The position numbers and the translations under genes are program-made. From the NCBI GenBank assembly GCA_043228905.1, contig JBHGNT010000004.1:2170001-2234000 (forward strand): a stretch of DNA of 64,000 bases, written 5' to 3'. The notes under the pieces are model-generated. The model had not been told where the DNA came from, did not search any database, and saw only the letters and a program-made list of their open reading frames with translations. Origin of the DNA: Azolla caroliniana (lineage: Eukaryota > Plantae > Polypodiophyta). Position 1 is the stretch's first letter, and every line of letters begins with the position of its first letter. Shown here in pieces: positions 13,745-27,925 of the stretch.

Positions 13745-14020
13745 CATAGTATGCACCATACGTACCATACGTTCATTCACCTCCCGAGAATGTTCCAATC
13801 ATCCGAGTATGGAAAAACACCCTCAAACGTATGGTATTTACCATACTTTTGTATTCATTATTTATTATAAGACAAAGTTTTTTTTTAAAGGTAAGAAAGC
13901 TAAGGTAAATAGTGAAAAAATAAAAACCATACGAATGTTTTTGATAACATACGCATTCGTTTTCAGTCGTATGAAAAAGAATGCTTGCCAATGCATTCGA
14001 GTATATTACGTACTATGGAA
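13745..14020. mobile_element. ~275-bp MITE-like repeat, copy 1, upstream of the kinase gene
   Basis: Ends CATAGTATG...CGTACTATG(GAA). Collinear similarity along its length to 24844-25131. Flanks CTTTGGAG/CTTTGGAA resemble an 8-bp TSD. Confidence 0.65.
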
Positions 14021-14032
14021 CTTTGGAACTTT

Positions 14033-14063
<31 letters not shown>

Positions 14064-14422
14064 TATATTAACGTCTTCTGAGACCAAAATTGGCCCACGA
14101 GATCATTCATTTACAACATTAGATAAGAAAAATAGAGAACATACATACATACATGCATGCATGCATGCATTACATACATTACACACACACACACATACAT
14201 TACATACATGTATAAATATATACATATTGACATTTCGAGGAGATGCTGAAAAAGGATCGGTGAAATCCCCCTAAATTTTAAGGATTTGGGGAAATAGCGT
14301 TTCTATTTTTTGGCATTTTAGGCTGTCAAATCATATCCATCCATCAGAAACATTTGTTACCTAGAACAATGAAGCCTTTTTTTAAGCTATTGTGGAGGCA
14401 AGGAAGGGGAAAGTAGTATTGT

Positions 14423-14576
14423 TTAAACTTTAGTAGATATCATTGCATGAAAGAGTGGGGATATAGAGAGAGACATTGATAGCATTGTAGCAATACCTTA
14501 AACTTTAGTAGATATCATTGCATGAAAGAGTGGGGATATAGAGAGAGACATTGATAGCATTGTAGCAATACCTTAA
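14423..14576. repeat. Perfect 75-bp tandem duplication
   Basis: TTAAACTTTAGTAG...GCAATACC occurs at 14423 and 14498, with TTAA at the junctions. Confidence 0.9.
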
Positions 14577-16599
14577 TCAGTGAAATTCCAAACAATATTA
14601 TTGCATTCATGCTTGAAATTTCCTCATTTGGAGGGTGTCTTTCGATATTGACCCTAGAAGCAATTTGCATGACATGCATGACTTGCATAAAATTTACAAT
14701 GTACTAGAAAGTCATTGTACAACACATCACCTACCAACCAGTTCTCTATTATAGCTCTCGATATATTTAGGGGGTCCTTTTTGCCTCTTTTTTTTTAAAG
14801 TGTAGATCGAAAAGGGCAATATAGCTAGCGAAAACAAGCCATTTTTTTGTAGTGGTTAGATCACACCCAACTCCTCCATATATCGAAGAGTGACAATTTC
14901 CACAGTCGAACAGAACTCGGGTGAAATGTGCTTGGGGGAACATTTATAAAGAGGTAGTTAGTATAACTTCTTTGTTGACCTTTGCTCATAGTACAAGAGC
15001 CAAGAAATGGTTGTCATTTCATGTCCTCTATTGTAGAGCACGCAAAAAGTCAATATTAGTTCACTAAAGAACTAATAGCTATAGCATCTTGCTCTTGTTG
15101 ATGTAAATAGCTCTCTAGGGCTTAAATGCAATTATGCATGTCTTGCATTGTATGGTCTTGACTCTTGACTCTTATTGAACATTGGCAAACATTTCAATGC
15201 ATGTTGGCATCACCTCACCATCATATACATATAATTAATCTCAATTCATGTCATCATCTAGACATATGTGTATCACCTATGAAATTTGAAGGACCTTTCC
15301 CTCTACATTTCTAAATGGAAGAAATGTTAACATGTCATGTAAACATAATTGAAAAGGAAGCAACATATATTAATCATCCAAATTTAAACATTTAATTTGA
15401 ACATAATCAACATGTCATCCTTTTAATCTTAGATGTTTAATAAGTGTTATTAAGAGGGATTATAAATTGTGCAAATATTCGGAAATATGACAAAATTGTG
15501 GATTGGTTCAATAATTGAGAGGGATTAATTGTAAAAATGGATGTCTTAAACATTTTAAAGGAGGGAATAATTGAGAGGGATTATAAGTTATGAATGGATT
15601 ATGTTTCAAATAAAAGCATAACATGTAGAATATTCCGTTGTATTCTGAACAAAAAACATAGGTTACAAACTCTCTACATCGAGAAAATACACAAAAATAA
15701 CATCAATTATATAAATCGAATGACCAATATTTCAATAAATGACATAGATAGGAATCAAAGTTTAATATCAAATATTGTAATGAATGAAATAGATAAAACT
15801 AAACATTTATAATATATGTTTGATTATATCTCATAAAGGTAGATCCAAGGTCAAAATCAGGATCACTTTTTTTTGGCATAGATGCAAATAATGGTTAGAT
15901 AATTTGATATGCACACATTAGGTGCTCCATTTTTTCATTGTTCTGGCTCAACAACTTGTAAGCGTAGAAGATCTATGATACATATCTTTACTATGGATTT
16001 AGATAAGCAATTGCATGTGCTCACTTGGATTATTAACACGAAATTTCAGTATTCTCATGCCTTCCTATAAATATACTTAATGTATACACACAGATACACA
16101 CCTTACACGTATGTATTTACAATGTTTTGTATGTTTTTTGAGTTGGGGCTACAAGATATTTGTGTATTTACGAGAAGTAGATTGGATTCAGAATTTCAAA
16201 GAAGCCACTTCAAGTGTGCTAGGTCTTGCATCCTAAAAACCCTCTAATTTGAAAGGCAAATGCACCTTTACAGGGGGGGTCTGAAACTTGGGAGGAGAGA
16301 TTTGTTGGCACTGTCGAAGAAAGTCTACGAAAGCCAAGTGTATTAGTCAACACGTGGTCCTGCTTTTGGTGATCTCTCCTCATCAGTTCATGCAAGTGCA
16401 CTTGCAAACAAGCTTTCAATATTGTGTGTTTATTTTGTTGTATGTGATGTTTGAAAATATATTAAAGTTCTCATGCGTGCACTTGTCTTCTCTCAGTGGC
16501 CTCCAAGCCAGGCTAAAAAAATTGGCCTTACCTGGAGTCGATTGGTGGAAAAAGCAACATTTCTATACCTTGGTTTTCGCATCGGAAGTCTTGTTGGGA

Positions 16600-17335
16600 T
16601 CATTGTAAGAATGGATTGATGGACAAGTGCCAATCACTCAGAAACATGTATTCAAATATGGCCTCTCACCAAATAACCAATCAGAATCCCTAGAAGTTCT
16701 CAATGGACTAGTGAAAGTGAGTTTTTTGTCGTTTCCACTCGGACGTGTAGCCATTGTGGTCCTTTTGTTTCTTGAAACGAATTGCGCATAGGTTTTACAA
16801 TTCTTCCCAAAACAAGTAAACTCTAGAGAAAGAGAGTTCAAATTAAATCTTTGTAAGCAATTATAAACCCCTTAGTTTCCCAGTATATCCTCGAGCAGAG
16901 TATACATGGGGAGCGGTATTATGGGCGGTGGTACAAGATAAACCTATGGTATATGAACCAAAGGAGGTTGCATATGCTATTGTGATGGGAAATGGTTTGA
17001 TCGAAAAAAATTTGTCATCTGTGAATCCACAAATAGAGATTGATAAACCTCAAATATGGCAATTGGTAAGTAGTATTACAATTTGGTATATTTGGAAGGC
17101 TCGATGCTTGATGGTATTTCAAAATGTGGCTAAAAGACCAACCCAAATCATTTCTTGGATTTGGACAGAGATTGTGCATAATCTTAGAGGTTTGTTGGAT
17201 AGTATAAAAGGTAATACGCAACAAGTGGAGCTTAAGCAATTGGAGTTTCATGCCATTTGGGACATATGCATATTTTATAGACGGTTTTCTCATAAGGTGG
17301 AGTGGTTTTACTTTGCACCAAAGTATTTATTTACG
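16600..17335 (+). mobile_element. Degenerate LINE (L1-like) ORF2 C-terminal fragment
   Basis: IWQLVSSITIWYIWKARCLMVFQ matches the W-x-IW-x-x-R motif that follows the zf-RVT region of plant L1-type elements. Ends at a (GA)n tract. 5' boundary uncertain. Confidence 0.6.
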
Positions 17336-18149
17336 TGTGAGGGGAGAGAGGGAGAGAGAGAGAGACATACACACATAGAACGAGAGGGAAAATGAAAATG
17401 AGAGGGAGACACAAATTGAGGGGTAACTGACTATTCTTCTTGTTTCATTTCATGCTCATGGGGTTTATATAGTACAAAAATAGGACCGTTACATAATATG
17501 ACTTGCAAAAAAGACCATTACATATTTGTACACTTGCACACAAATGTGTATGTGTACATACACACTCATCCTTACACTCACACATTACACACCTTATACA
17601 TTACACCCTTAACCCTCCTGTACACCTATAAGGGTAACAACAAAATGTAGGTTGACTTATGATATTTATGACATTCCCATTTGAGCATGCACTGTCCTCG
17701 TCTAGCTAGCATGAGTTTTTTGGTTTCAACAAAATGTATGTCACCTTATCACACACTTCTTTATCTTCATTATAATTGTAGCTCACCTTTCACCGCCATT
17801 GCCTTTAATGGTTATTAAACCCTTGATCTTGTTGTTTTCATGGTTAACTCAGAACTCTTACAATTTGAGCTATGGTTTTTTTTTTCCAAAAAAAGAATAT
17901 ACTCCTTTAGTTAAATATACACAAACTCAATCCCTTTCTCAGGAAGGCCGAGCCAAGTCTATCTTATCCTACACAAGAGATCTTGCTTCTTTATCTTACA
18001 CTTTCACATATGGCTCTAGCCATCCTTTCATGCACATAACCTACATTCACTATCCCACATGCCATGTCTTTCACGCCCCTCGCTCATCTAATGGGAGGGG
18101 GGAACAACCATTTGGGTACTTCATACTTCCACAGTATATCCATTCCATT

Positions 18150-19490
18150 TGCCACGGCCATCGGTGTAGTACACCATCGCTTTCGAAAATTCAGCCTCAT
18201 TAGTTCTGCAACATCATTAGTACCATCAATCCGCTCATATTGAGCTCTTAGTGTAGTTATTAATGTGTGCTAGATTAGCTTAATCGATTCAGTTGGGGGG
18301 CGTTTGTGTGCTAAAAATACCCTGGTACACCTTGCTGTCCATATATACCATATAGTAATGGGGGCAAACAACATCCAAAAATCTCCAAGTTTTTGATTCT
18401 GTGCACAAGTTGTAGGTTATACACCCTATTGTCAATGATCAGCCGCACAATGCCATTCTCCCCTCTATACTTAGCATCGCATGTGCTATCGGATTTCGCC
18501 ACATCATCCTCAAGACAAATCCAACAAGCATGTCCCCAATTGAGGGTGAACGAACTAGAGGCATGTCAAAGCAAACGTAGTGCCCTTCCCCATACAACCA
18601 CCGCCTCGCGACATTCCCATAGACAATGGGAAATGCTTTCTATTTGTCCACAGGCAATACATCTAGGGTCTACATTGGGGCCTTTACCCCACGTCCCTAC
18701 CAGCAAGGCTTTGTGTGCAATAAGCCATAAACACATCATTATCTTGTGGTCATATCTGTCATGCCATATCATTTTCCAGAATTGATCTAGTCTCATTTCA
18801 CTAATGCCCTCATGTATCCAAAATTTCCTTGCTACAATCTTGTCGTGTTCTTGTTCTAGAATAATTTGCCTCCCAATCTTCGTGTTATACCTGAAAAATT
18901 GAACCAACTTTTCCCTGTCAGTTCGTCCTTGAGTTCTCCAACAATACATCGTTGGGTCCCATGATAACTGATCCAAATGCCCTTGTACAAGCCAACACTC
19001 TGACGCCGGTGTGATCTCCGTTGGTTTAGGGTCAATAATCATATTCTTGCCATTTTTTGCGATTAGCCTAATCAGCCTTTCTCTTTGCAAGGCTGGTTGC
19101 TCAACTCTTACCATTCCGTGCTCTAGTTTGTAGTAGAATACCTCATTTGATTCTACTTTCATTCCCTTAATGCCAATTAAACAGTTCTCAACATCTATAA
19201 GTTCTGTCCACACAATTTCAGAGGTTGTTACTTCTTCCTCTTCCACAATATTCCTGTAACATGCAATGGCATCCGTAATTCTCTTGAGCATGCCTTTACC
19301 CCTACTTCTCCATATTCTAGCCTTTTGAGTGCCCACCTCATTGGACAAAAACCTCTCCCACTCCACTAACGCATTCCCTTGGGCATTGATTAACTTAGCC
19401 CATTTGAAACCTGCTTTTTGGCCTATCATTAGCCCATCCATATCTCTAATCAATGGGTTCCATACAATTGGCATGTACATCCACTTTGTT
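18150..19490 (-). mobile_element. LINE (L1-like) ORF2 3' fragment with zf-RVT zinc finger
   Basis: ORF 18566-19480 contains FWKMIWH...KIMMCLWLIAHKALLVG...CIACGQIESISHCLWEC. A frameshifted continuation gives W-N-I-W-T-A-R-C. Confidence 0.8.
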
Positions 19491-20104
19491 GTTGTCGTGA
19501 TCTTTTTCTTCTAGTGATAATCTCAATCTATTGTAAAATTAAACTTTTCTACACATTTTTGCCTTTGCATGTGTCACATCATAAAACATATAATTATTGA
19601 GACCTTGGCAATAAATGTTTTTAACCATGAAATAAAGGTAAATAAAAAGAAATCATAAGAATAATTATCGATTGAACTTGAAATGGCCAAATTTGTGACT
19701 TATCCTGAACTCTACAACAATCCAATCTAAAAGATTCCCATTCATCACATCAATATCCATCAGATAACCAAGATGACAACAAAATCATACATCTAACAAC
19801 AATCACAGTTGACCATCCAATAACCTCTAAGTTCTTCATTGTACATCAAATGAGAACAAATTTCCTATATTTATTTTTAACCATAAAGAAATAGCAAACA
19901 AATGCGACACTTATGTAGCTTTCCCAACATTATTTGAATTTACCCCTAAAAACATAATGTGATCATTTGCTAATGTGCGAACAACATAATGATTTCTTAA
20001 TGGTAAATCAAGTCTTAATACTCCTTCCAATAGAAAGTAATGAAAATATATTAAAAGAGGGTGTGCAACAAAAGCACATTTGTGATAATTAAATTTTTGC
20101 ATAA

Positions 20105-20550
20105 AAGAACAAAATTAAAATATTACATTGCCAACATTGATCCTGAATGTTGGGTTCTATGTAAGGCAAGAAGGCCTATTGATCATATTTAACCTTACCT
20201 CATTAACATGAGTATAACTCTCGTAGAGCCCTAACACTGTATCAAACTTGATCACACAACCTAGGTATTGAAGTTGCATTATGGAATCAAAATCAGCCAA
20301 GTATAAATACATGTAAGATATGCAAGGACGGGCTCGTAGAGGATGAATATCACTTGCTTTTTAGATGCTCTACATATAGTGCAATTCATGAATTCATGAA
20401 AGCTATGATGATATATTAAGAGGGGGTGATGACTTGGGTATCACAATAAAGAGAAAACCTAGAATGTTGAGCTCATATGTGTACGCCTTATTCACACATT
20501 GAGACTTGGTGCTTCAAAGTATGAATATCCCTGCTTAGGAAGGAGACACA
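20105..20550 (+). mobile_element. 3'-end fragment of an RTEX/L2-like LINE, same family as 20655-23505
   Basis: Collinear with 23060-23500 (CCTGAATGTTGG, GTAGAGGATGAAT.TCACTTGCT, GTTGAGCTCATATGTGTA, CTTAGGAAGGAGACACA). Confidence 0.8.
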
Positions 20551-20609
20551 CATCAACATAACATTTGCACTTACGTCCTATGTGTCAATATTGGCCTCTC
20601 TATGGATGC

Positions 20610-20654
<45 letters not shown>

Positions 20655-20658
<4 letters not shown>

Positions 20659-23505
20659 GGTCATTTGAAGAAAATGTAGTAGAACATTGTCTATTGCATG
20701 ACTCAGAGGATTGTGTCATGTCAGATTGTGGAAAACTTTTGATACATATGTTAAATTGCACAAACTTGATCTTCCTAAATGGTATAAAAGCATTCCCATT
20801 GACAAATGTGCTCACATGCTTACCATCCTCGAGTGGAGGAAGTGTGGTTGATTACGCATTAATGTTGGCATGTGATCTATCATTGGTGAATGTGTTTAAA
20901 GTTGGTTCTCTATCTCCGGACTCAGACTACAGTGGCGTTCCACATTTCACCAATAGATGTCATGGAGTGAAAGATGAAAAGAGAGGTATCATCTGACCTT
21001 GCTACGAAAAAGCTAAGATGTATGCAAATGAAGTGGAGAACCATTTGTTAAATTTTTCTCTAAGCAACGATGTTAATGAAAATTGGCAACATTTGAAGGA
21101 TATCATCTGTAAGGTTGGGTATCAATACTTTAAGCGGCATGTGGGTAAGCATATGATGTGTAGTTTTCCATGTAATTCTTGGTTCAACGATGAATGTAAG
21201 ATGTATCTCAAATGGTTTAAGTCCATAGATGGGGAATATGAAAAGGTTGTTGCATGGCACATATATAAGAAAGTAGTGAGGAGAAAGAAAAGAAGATATT
21301 TCCAAATGCAAGAGATGAAAAACAAAAACTTGTTTAAGCTCAAACCAAAATTAGCATGGGGACAACTCAAGGGTAAGAAAGAAGATGTGAAAGGCCACTT
21401 TACAAATGAAGAGATGTTAGACTATGTACACAGGCTATATATGCATGGTGGTGTAGCTCCTATGGTTGAGAAAATTGAAACACCATGCACTACATGTATC
21501 AATATTGATGATGTCAATAAGGGAATCAAGAAGATGGTGAGTGGGAAAGCAACTGATGCAACCTACGTCTCAAGTGAGCTTTTAAAATGGACAATGCCGG
21601 ATACTCGTCATTGGATAATGACAAGTATAGAGCAAGCTATAAAACAAGGATTTCCAAATGATTGGCTTATGAATTGGATTAAACCAATATTTAAAGCCGG
21701 AGATAACCAATATTTAAAGCCAGAGATTGTACAATCATGGTGAGCTGAACTATTGCTAAATTATATAGCACTGTTATAGAGCAAAAGATAAGCACATGGG
21801 CTGAAAGTACAAGCAAAAGAGCACTTGGGCAAGTAGGAGTTATACCAAAACACTCCACCGTGGATCATTTGGTCACATTGAGAGTAATCATGAAAGATAG
21901 TCGACTACAAGGAAAAACACTTTATTGTTGTTTTGTTGATTTTAAGAAAGCTTTTGATACCGTACCATGAAGTGAGCTTTGGAATAGAATGACAGAGATT
22001 GACATGCCATTAGAGTACCGAGTTGTTGTTGCACGCCTATATGAACAAGTTAAATGCCAACTAAAAATGGATAGTGGATTCTCAAAGCACTTTTTTAAGT
22101 AACATGGGGTGGTTAAGCAAGGATGTCCACTATCACTCACACTCTTTGGCGTATGTACATACTGATAAATTAGAAGAAGTGGTGAATAAGGTTGCAAGAG
22201 AAGAAGGATTGAATGCCCCCAAATTGATGCAACATGTTATCTTATTGCTTCTATATGCAGATGATGTGGTACTCTTCTCATATGATGTTGATAGTATGCA
22301 AAATTTACTTGGGGTATTAGAAGAATTTTGCCATAGTAGTGGACTAGTAGTGAATGTGGAGAAAACAAAAATGATGGTAGTGCAAACCATCCAACCTCAT
22401 CATTACCCTATGCTCACATAAAGAGGTGAACATATACAATTTGTTCGAAGCTTTAAATATCTTGGTATTGATGTACCCGCTACAAATAAATGGAGTGCAT
22501 GCTTTGATTCTAGGCTCCACGCCGGTTGGAAATCGTATTACCTTTTGGAGAACCAATGCAACCAAAGTGATACTTGTGGATGGGAAGTAAAACTAATGTT
22601 GTTCAATGCCATGGTAACTCAAGTATTGCTTTATGGAGTAGAAGTATGGGGTGACACCATCTCTCTTAATGCATGAAATGAGATTGAGAAAATTCAAAAG
22701 ATGTTTTTAAGGAGGCAATTAGGAGTTAAATGCACTACCTTTTACCAAGTTATGCTCTTGGAAACAGGTGTTCGACCCATAGAACTATTGGCACTCCAAA
22801 GAGTATATAAAAATACATTACAAAAATCAAGAATATGCTGAATCATTGATTACCACATCGTGCTTGGAATGTTGGATGTAAGCTACAAAAGAATCATAAA
22901 AGTAAGATTCTCTCATCCGGTTAGGTTGTTGACATAAGGAAATGGTTTAGAGATAGGATTTGGATGATCTTTTAGAGCTTTCGGGCAAGGCTATTTAGTA
23001 TGTAATGATTGAGGAAAGGTTGGTGGAATCATTATGGATGAAGTGGGAAGATGCTAAGAGGACAAAGCTAGAATACTACATTGCAAATGTCAAAAACCCT
23101 GAATGTTGGTCTCAATATAAAGCAAGAATGCTTATTGATCGTATCCAACCTTATCTCATTACCAATATGAGTAGTAATGCTCGTAGAGCCCTTACACTAC
23201 TTCACACTCGATCTCACAAGTTAAGTATTGAAGTTGCATCATGTTATCAAAATGTAAACAATTTGAAGACATGCAAAGATGCAATGAAGGTATGGTAGAG
23301 GATGAATGTCACTTGCTCTTCGCATGCTCAACATATAGTGCAATTCGTTCAATATATGCTGACATACTAAGTGGGAGTGATAACTTAAGTGTCATACTTA
23401 AGACACCACCGAGAAGGTTGAGCTCATATGTGTATGCTTTATTCACACATGGAAACTTTGTGCTTTAATGTATGAATACCCCTTCTTAGGAAGGAGACAC
23501 ATAAA
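20655..23505 (+). mobile_element. 5'-truncated, mutated LINE (RTEX/L2-like): end of AP endonuclease, RT and C-terminal CCHC region
   Basis: GGSVVDYAL (APE end), FVDFKKAFDTVP, KQGCPLS, LLLLYADDVVL, FKYLG, RSHKLSIEV...VEDECHLLFACSTY. Many stops and frameshifts. Bounded by (CT)n at 20614-20654 and (CT)n(TG)n(AG)n at 23524-23592. Clade assignment is from recalled motifs. Confidence 0.85.
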
Positions 23506-23546
23506 AATTCTAATTCTAATTTTCTCTCTCTCTCTCTCTCTCTATG

Positions 23547-23597
<51 letters not shown>

Positions 23598-24843
23598 TCC
23601 TCCATCATATTGAAATTTGTTGTTGTAGATGATGAACTTGAAGTGTCCAATTGCTTGTATACTCATATACCAACATCATTTCATTGTTCTCTTAACAATC
23701 CCCTATCAAAGAGGTAAGGTGTTTGAGGCCAAAGCTTGAAAAGTATGTCGATCTCCATGTGGAACTTGGATGATACCCTATTGTGATGACCAACTTCTTC
23801 CTCTCCTATGTCAACCATCCTAGTGCTACTATCTACATCTATAAGGTCATCAAGACACAATTTCTAGAAGCCACCCACCTTGAGAATGCATCATTTGTCA
23901 AAATTGATTTCATGTACATTAATATCATTTGATGTAACTTTGTGGTATATATTGACATCTAGATGTGACAACCTCTTTGAAGCTCATGTTTTAGCTTAAA
24001 TTAAAATATTCGCAACATATAATCTTATAATGAAATAAACCTACAAGAATGAAACTTTGAAACCATAAAAATATCTAATTGTCGTGGAACATCTCTCAAA
24101 GTTTCAAGGATGGGATAAACCAACATTGAGCATCAAAGCTACGATTAGTTGTTGATGGTTGCCCATTTTCCCTCATATTATTATCCATGATCTTGGTGGA
24201 ACTATGATTAATTATAGTGGGAAAGAATCTATGACATGTAGCGGGGAGGCTAGTGGATGTTTATAACATATCACACGTTAATTATTTTGAGGGAAAAAAT
24301 GAAGTATGGGATTATTCTTTGGTCAAGGTAATTTAATTATTGGAGTTATATTACGTTGGCATGATTTTCACATGTCATTGGATATCCAACTACTCTTGGC
24401 ACGTTATCTTGTCTAAGCATGATGCTTTATATGAGAGAGAGAGAGAGAGAGAGATTTTATTACCATATTTGGAGGTCAAATATGACATATGGTACCAAAA
24501 TATATTGTTTCCACATAATACACATGAAAATGAGCAACAACTCTCAATGTTCAAGAGATTTACAAATGAATCTCACAATTCAGAGTGCACATTGTGAATA
24601 TGAGAGATGTGTAGAAAGCATAGTCAAATGTGATCAAAGCCACATTGTGGATATGAGAGATGTGTAGAAAGCATGGTCAAATGTGATCAAAGGCGGAGCC
24701 TTGTACCATAGGTGATGCTTAGACTCATGAATTTCTTAAGGGAAAAATGTGCATAGTCAACCAGTCTCGTCACTTGTGCCCCAATTCCTTGCCTCACATT
24801 GAAGTGGGTATGAACTAATTTGTATGGAAGAAATGGTTTTCAT

Positions 24844-25131
24844 CATAGTATGAACCATACGTACTATACGTGCATTCGCATTCGCTAATGATTGAATCAT
24901 TCTAGAAAGAAAAACACCCTCCAAGAATGATAAATACCATACTTTTGGATTAACTATTTATTATGAGGTAGATAAGCCTAAAAATGAAAAAAAAAACATT
25001 AAAAAAACATTAAAAAAATGGGAAAAAAACAAGAAAAAACACAAGAATGTTTGGATAACATTCGCATTTGTTTTCCAATGTAGGAAAACAAATGTTATAC
25101 TAGACGAACACGAATTTTACGTACTATGGAA
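24844..25131. mobile_element. ~290-bp MITE-like repeat, copy 2
   Basis: Same termini (CATAGTATG...CGTACTATGGAA) and internal blocks (GAAAAACACCCTC, TACCATACTTTT, GATAACAT.CGCATT) as 13745-14020. Confidence 0.65.
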
Positions 25132-25885
25132 CTTTTGATGGTTGTGATATAACATGTATTGATATCCACATTCAATAAAGAATATGGTTTTGTAGTTGGG
25201 CACAAAATGTGTTGTATAAAGTGGGCCTCCATATTTTACCAAATCATGATACATTGGAATAAAAAATAATAGCCATTGTTCATAGTGGAATCTATTGATT
25301 TACCATGAAGCAAATGGGTTGCATCCCATCTTCAAATCCATTTTTTCATACTTTGTATCCAACTGAAACACAAAATTTCATTTTAATTTGTCTTTCGGAT
25401 CTTTTACTTGTTTCCATGTAATTCTACAAAATTGATGTGAGGGAGGGACATTTTTTAACTTTAAACATGTACTTAATAACCCTTTCCATGATCATGATCT
25501 CAATGGGAAATGATCGTGTCTTAAGTAGGAGGTGTGAGACATTTGTTTCAGGACTTGGAGAAACTATGTAAGAAAACGCGTTTGACATTTTCAAACTCTT
25601 TCCAAGAGAGCTTAGGAATGCGAAGGCCCCTTAGTTCCACTCCATAAAGAAACATGAGAGCCACCAAAGAGTGAAATAGGTATTTTTTGAGGATCCAACA
25701 TTTACTTTCTCCACCGTAACATATGTTCTTAAATGCACGATATGCTCACTTTCTTGCGTCTCAGTGATGAGTAGCACAATCATTCCATCTATGATTTAAG
25801 GGAATTTCAAGGATAGGTATTTAAAGTTTTCCATGGTTTGAAGTGGCTTATTATCTTAGTGCATGGTTTATCCTTATTTTATCTT

Positions 25886-26197
25886 GGGAAAAGTACCAGG
25901 ATAGCCCTGGAAGTTCTTTATTTACCAAAATGCCCCTGAAAGTTCCAAATTTACCAAACTACCCCTATGTCCAAAAAATTACACTTTATAAAGTAATTAT
26001 ACACTAAAATCTACAAACCCTATTAACCGAAGATGGAAGAAATGGACCCGAACTAGCCCTATTTACCAAAGATTTGAGTGTATAATTACTTTATAAAGTG
26101 TAATTTTTTGGACATAGGGGTAGTTTGGTAAATTTGGAACTTCCAGGGGCATTCTGGTAAATAGACGAACTTCCAAGGGTATCCTGGTACTTTTCCC
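25886..26197. mobile_element. Intact Mutator-like (MULE) MITE, 312 bp
   Basis: ~125-bp TIRs starting GGGAAAAGTACCAGGATA and ending TATCCTGGTACTTTTCCC. Perfect 9-bp TSD TTTTATCTT at 25877-25885 and 26198-26206. Confidence 0.93.
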
Positions 26198-27925
26198 TTT
26201 TATCTTTCACATGCGTAATCTTGGCTTTAGAACTATTCACAATCAACTTAGTATGGATACGAAATTCTTTGGCTAATATTCTTATAATAAGCCTTTTGTG
26301 CATCATTTTTAGCATTTGCCAATGCACCACATGATGACTATGTTCTCATTGACAACTTCTTCAATGCATTATTCCTTTACAAACTAAGTCATGAATACAT
26401 AAACCAAATAGAGTTGGTGAGAGTGTACATCTTTGCTTAACGCCAATAGTGCTATTGAAGAAATCTTAAATTTCGCCACCCATAAGCACACAAAAAATTC
26501 TTTCTCAAAGATTTGAAAATTCACAAACACACACATATGTGTATGTGTGTAAAATGTATATGTATATGTATGTATATGTATATATATATATATATTCACT
26601 TGCTAGTCTCACTTCTTCGATGCACCTCCAAAAATACTAACAAGATATCACACCAAAAGTTTTTTTGAAGTTGATGAAATAGTAATATAAACCCCCCCTT
26701 TCATTTTAGCCCATGCACTTACATTTGACTCTTATACAACCAAATAGTTTTTACATAAGTTAGTTGACCATGACCGTCTTCTAATTGGTTATATTATTTA
26801 CATTTCCACCTTTAAACAAAGGTTTGATTTAATTTGTACTCATACTGTACATCATACCATGTTCCAATGCATGATTAAACTATGTCACTTATCCAGGCAT
26901 GTGCTTCCTTTCTATCCATTTGAGCATTTCAACCTTTATAGCTTGAAGATCTCCTAACTTTTGAGAGTCCAATTTCTTACGCCCTATTTAAACATCCTCA
27001 ATTGTAATTAAATAAGAGAACCATAACATATAATCTTTCTCACATTGCTCATATAAGTTTTTCTAATGCATAAACAAGTCCATAAGAGTTAAGTCATCAT
27101 AAAATTAAATTAAAGAGGATAGAGAACAATGATTTTGAAGGGGGAAGTAACCCTCTTGATGTGATCTAAAACGTTCACACTACAAATGCATACCATTATT
27201 TTCCTCCAAGAATTTGTTTCATTAGCTTGTAAATGAGAGTTCCATTTATAGTTATTGTTGTATTAAATCTATGTCTAAACATGTAGATAATTTAATTTGC
27301 TTCTGTTTTCTATAAAGATAACACATGACAATTAATATTTTATGGTTTCTGAAATTCATGTACTGTAAAAAATTTGATCCTTTTCAAAACCCATTCGCTT
27401 TTTTAGGGGTTAATTTCGGAGCATCGCTTTATTCTAAGAAATTGGAACAAAAGTAGATGGTATCTTTAACAAGGAATATGTGGCATTACCAGGTCATAAT
27501 GTACCCATGTTTCAAGCAGTAATTTTATTATAATGGTAATGATGCCATTGTCTTTTACAATAGCATGTTTGAACAATCCATATTGTTGTGTGATCATTAT
27601 CAATGACAGCATCTAAGGTCACTTGCAAGTTATACACTTCACAAATGATGGTGAAGGAGAACATTCCCATCAACCTGGCCAATAGATGTGCACTGAAACA
27701 TTCTTGCACAAATAATGTGAAAAGTTAAATCCACACTGCGTCCATCGTATGACCAGCATAAATAAATTTGGGTGTATGAAAGTTTAAAACACAATAACAA
27801 AGTTATGAGGATGGTTATCTATATGCAATTGGAAAAAGGGTATTTTTTTGGGGGGGGTCAAGAATTTGTTTTCATACACAATAAGAATGAAGTCTAATGA
27901 ATCACAAGACATGGTGACACAATCA

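Noticed and set aside
17340-17760. Possible degenerate LTR plus PPT on the minus strand
   Set aside because: Only a suggestive terminus (...TTTATGACA-TTCCC). No partner LTR, TSD or coding motif.
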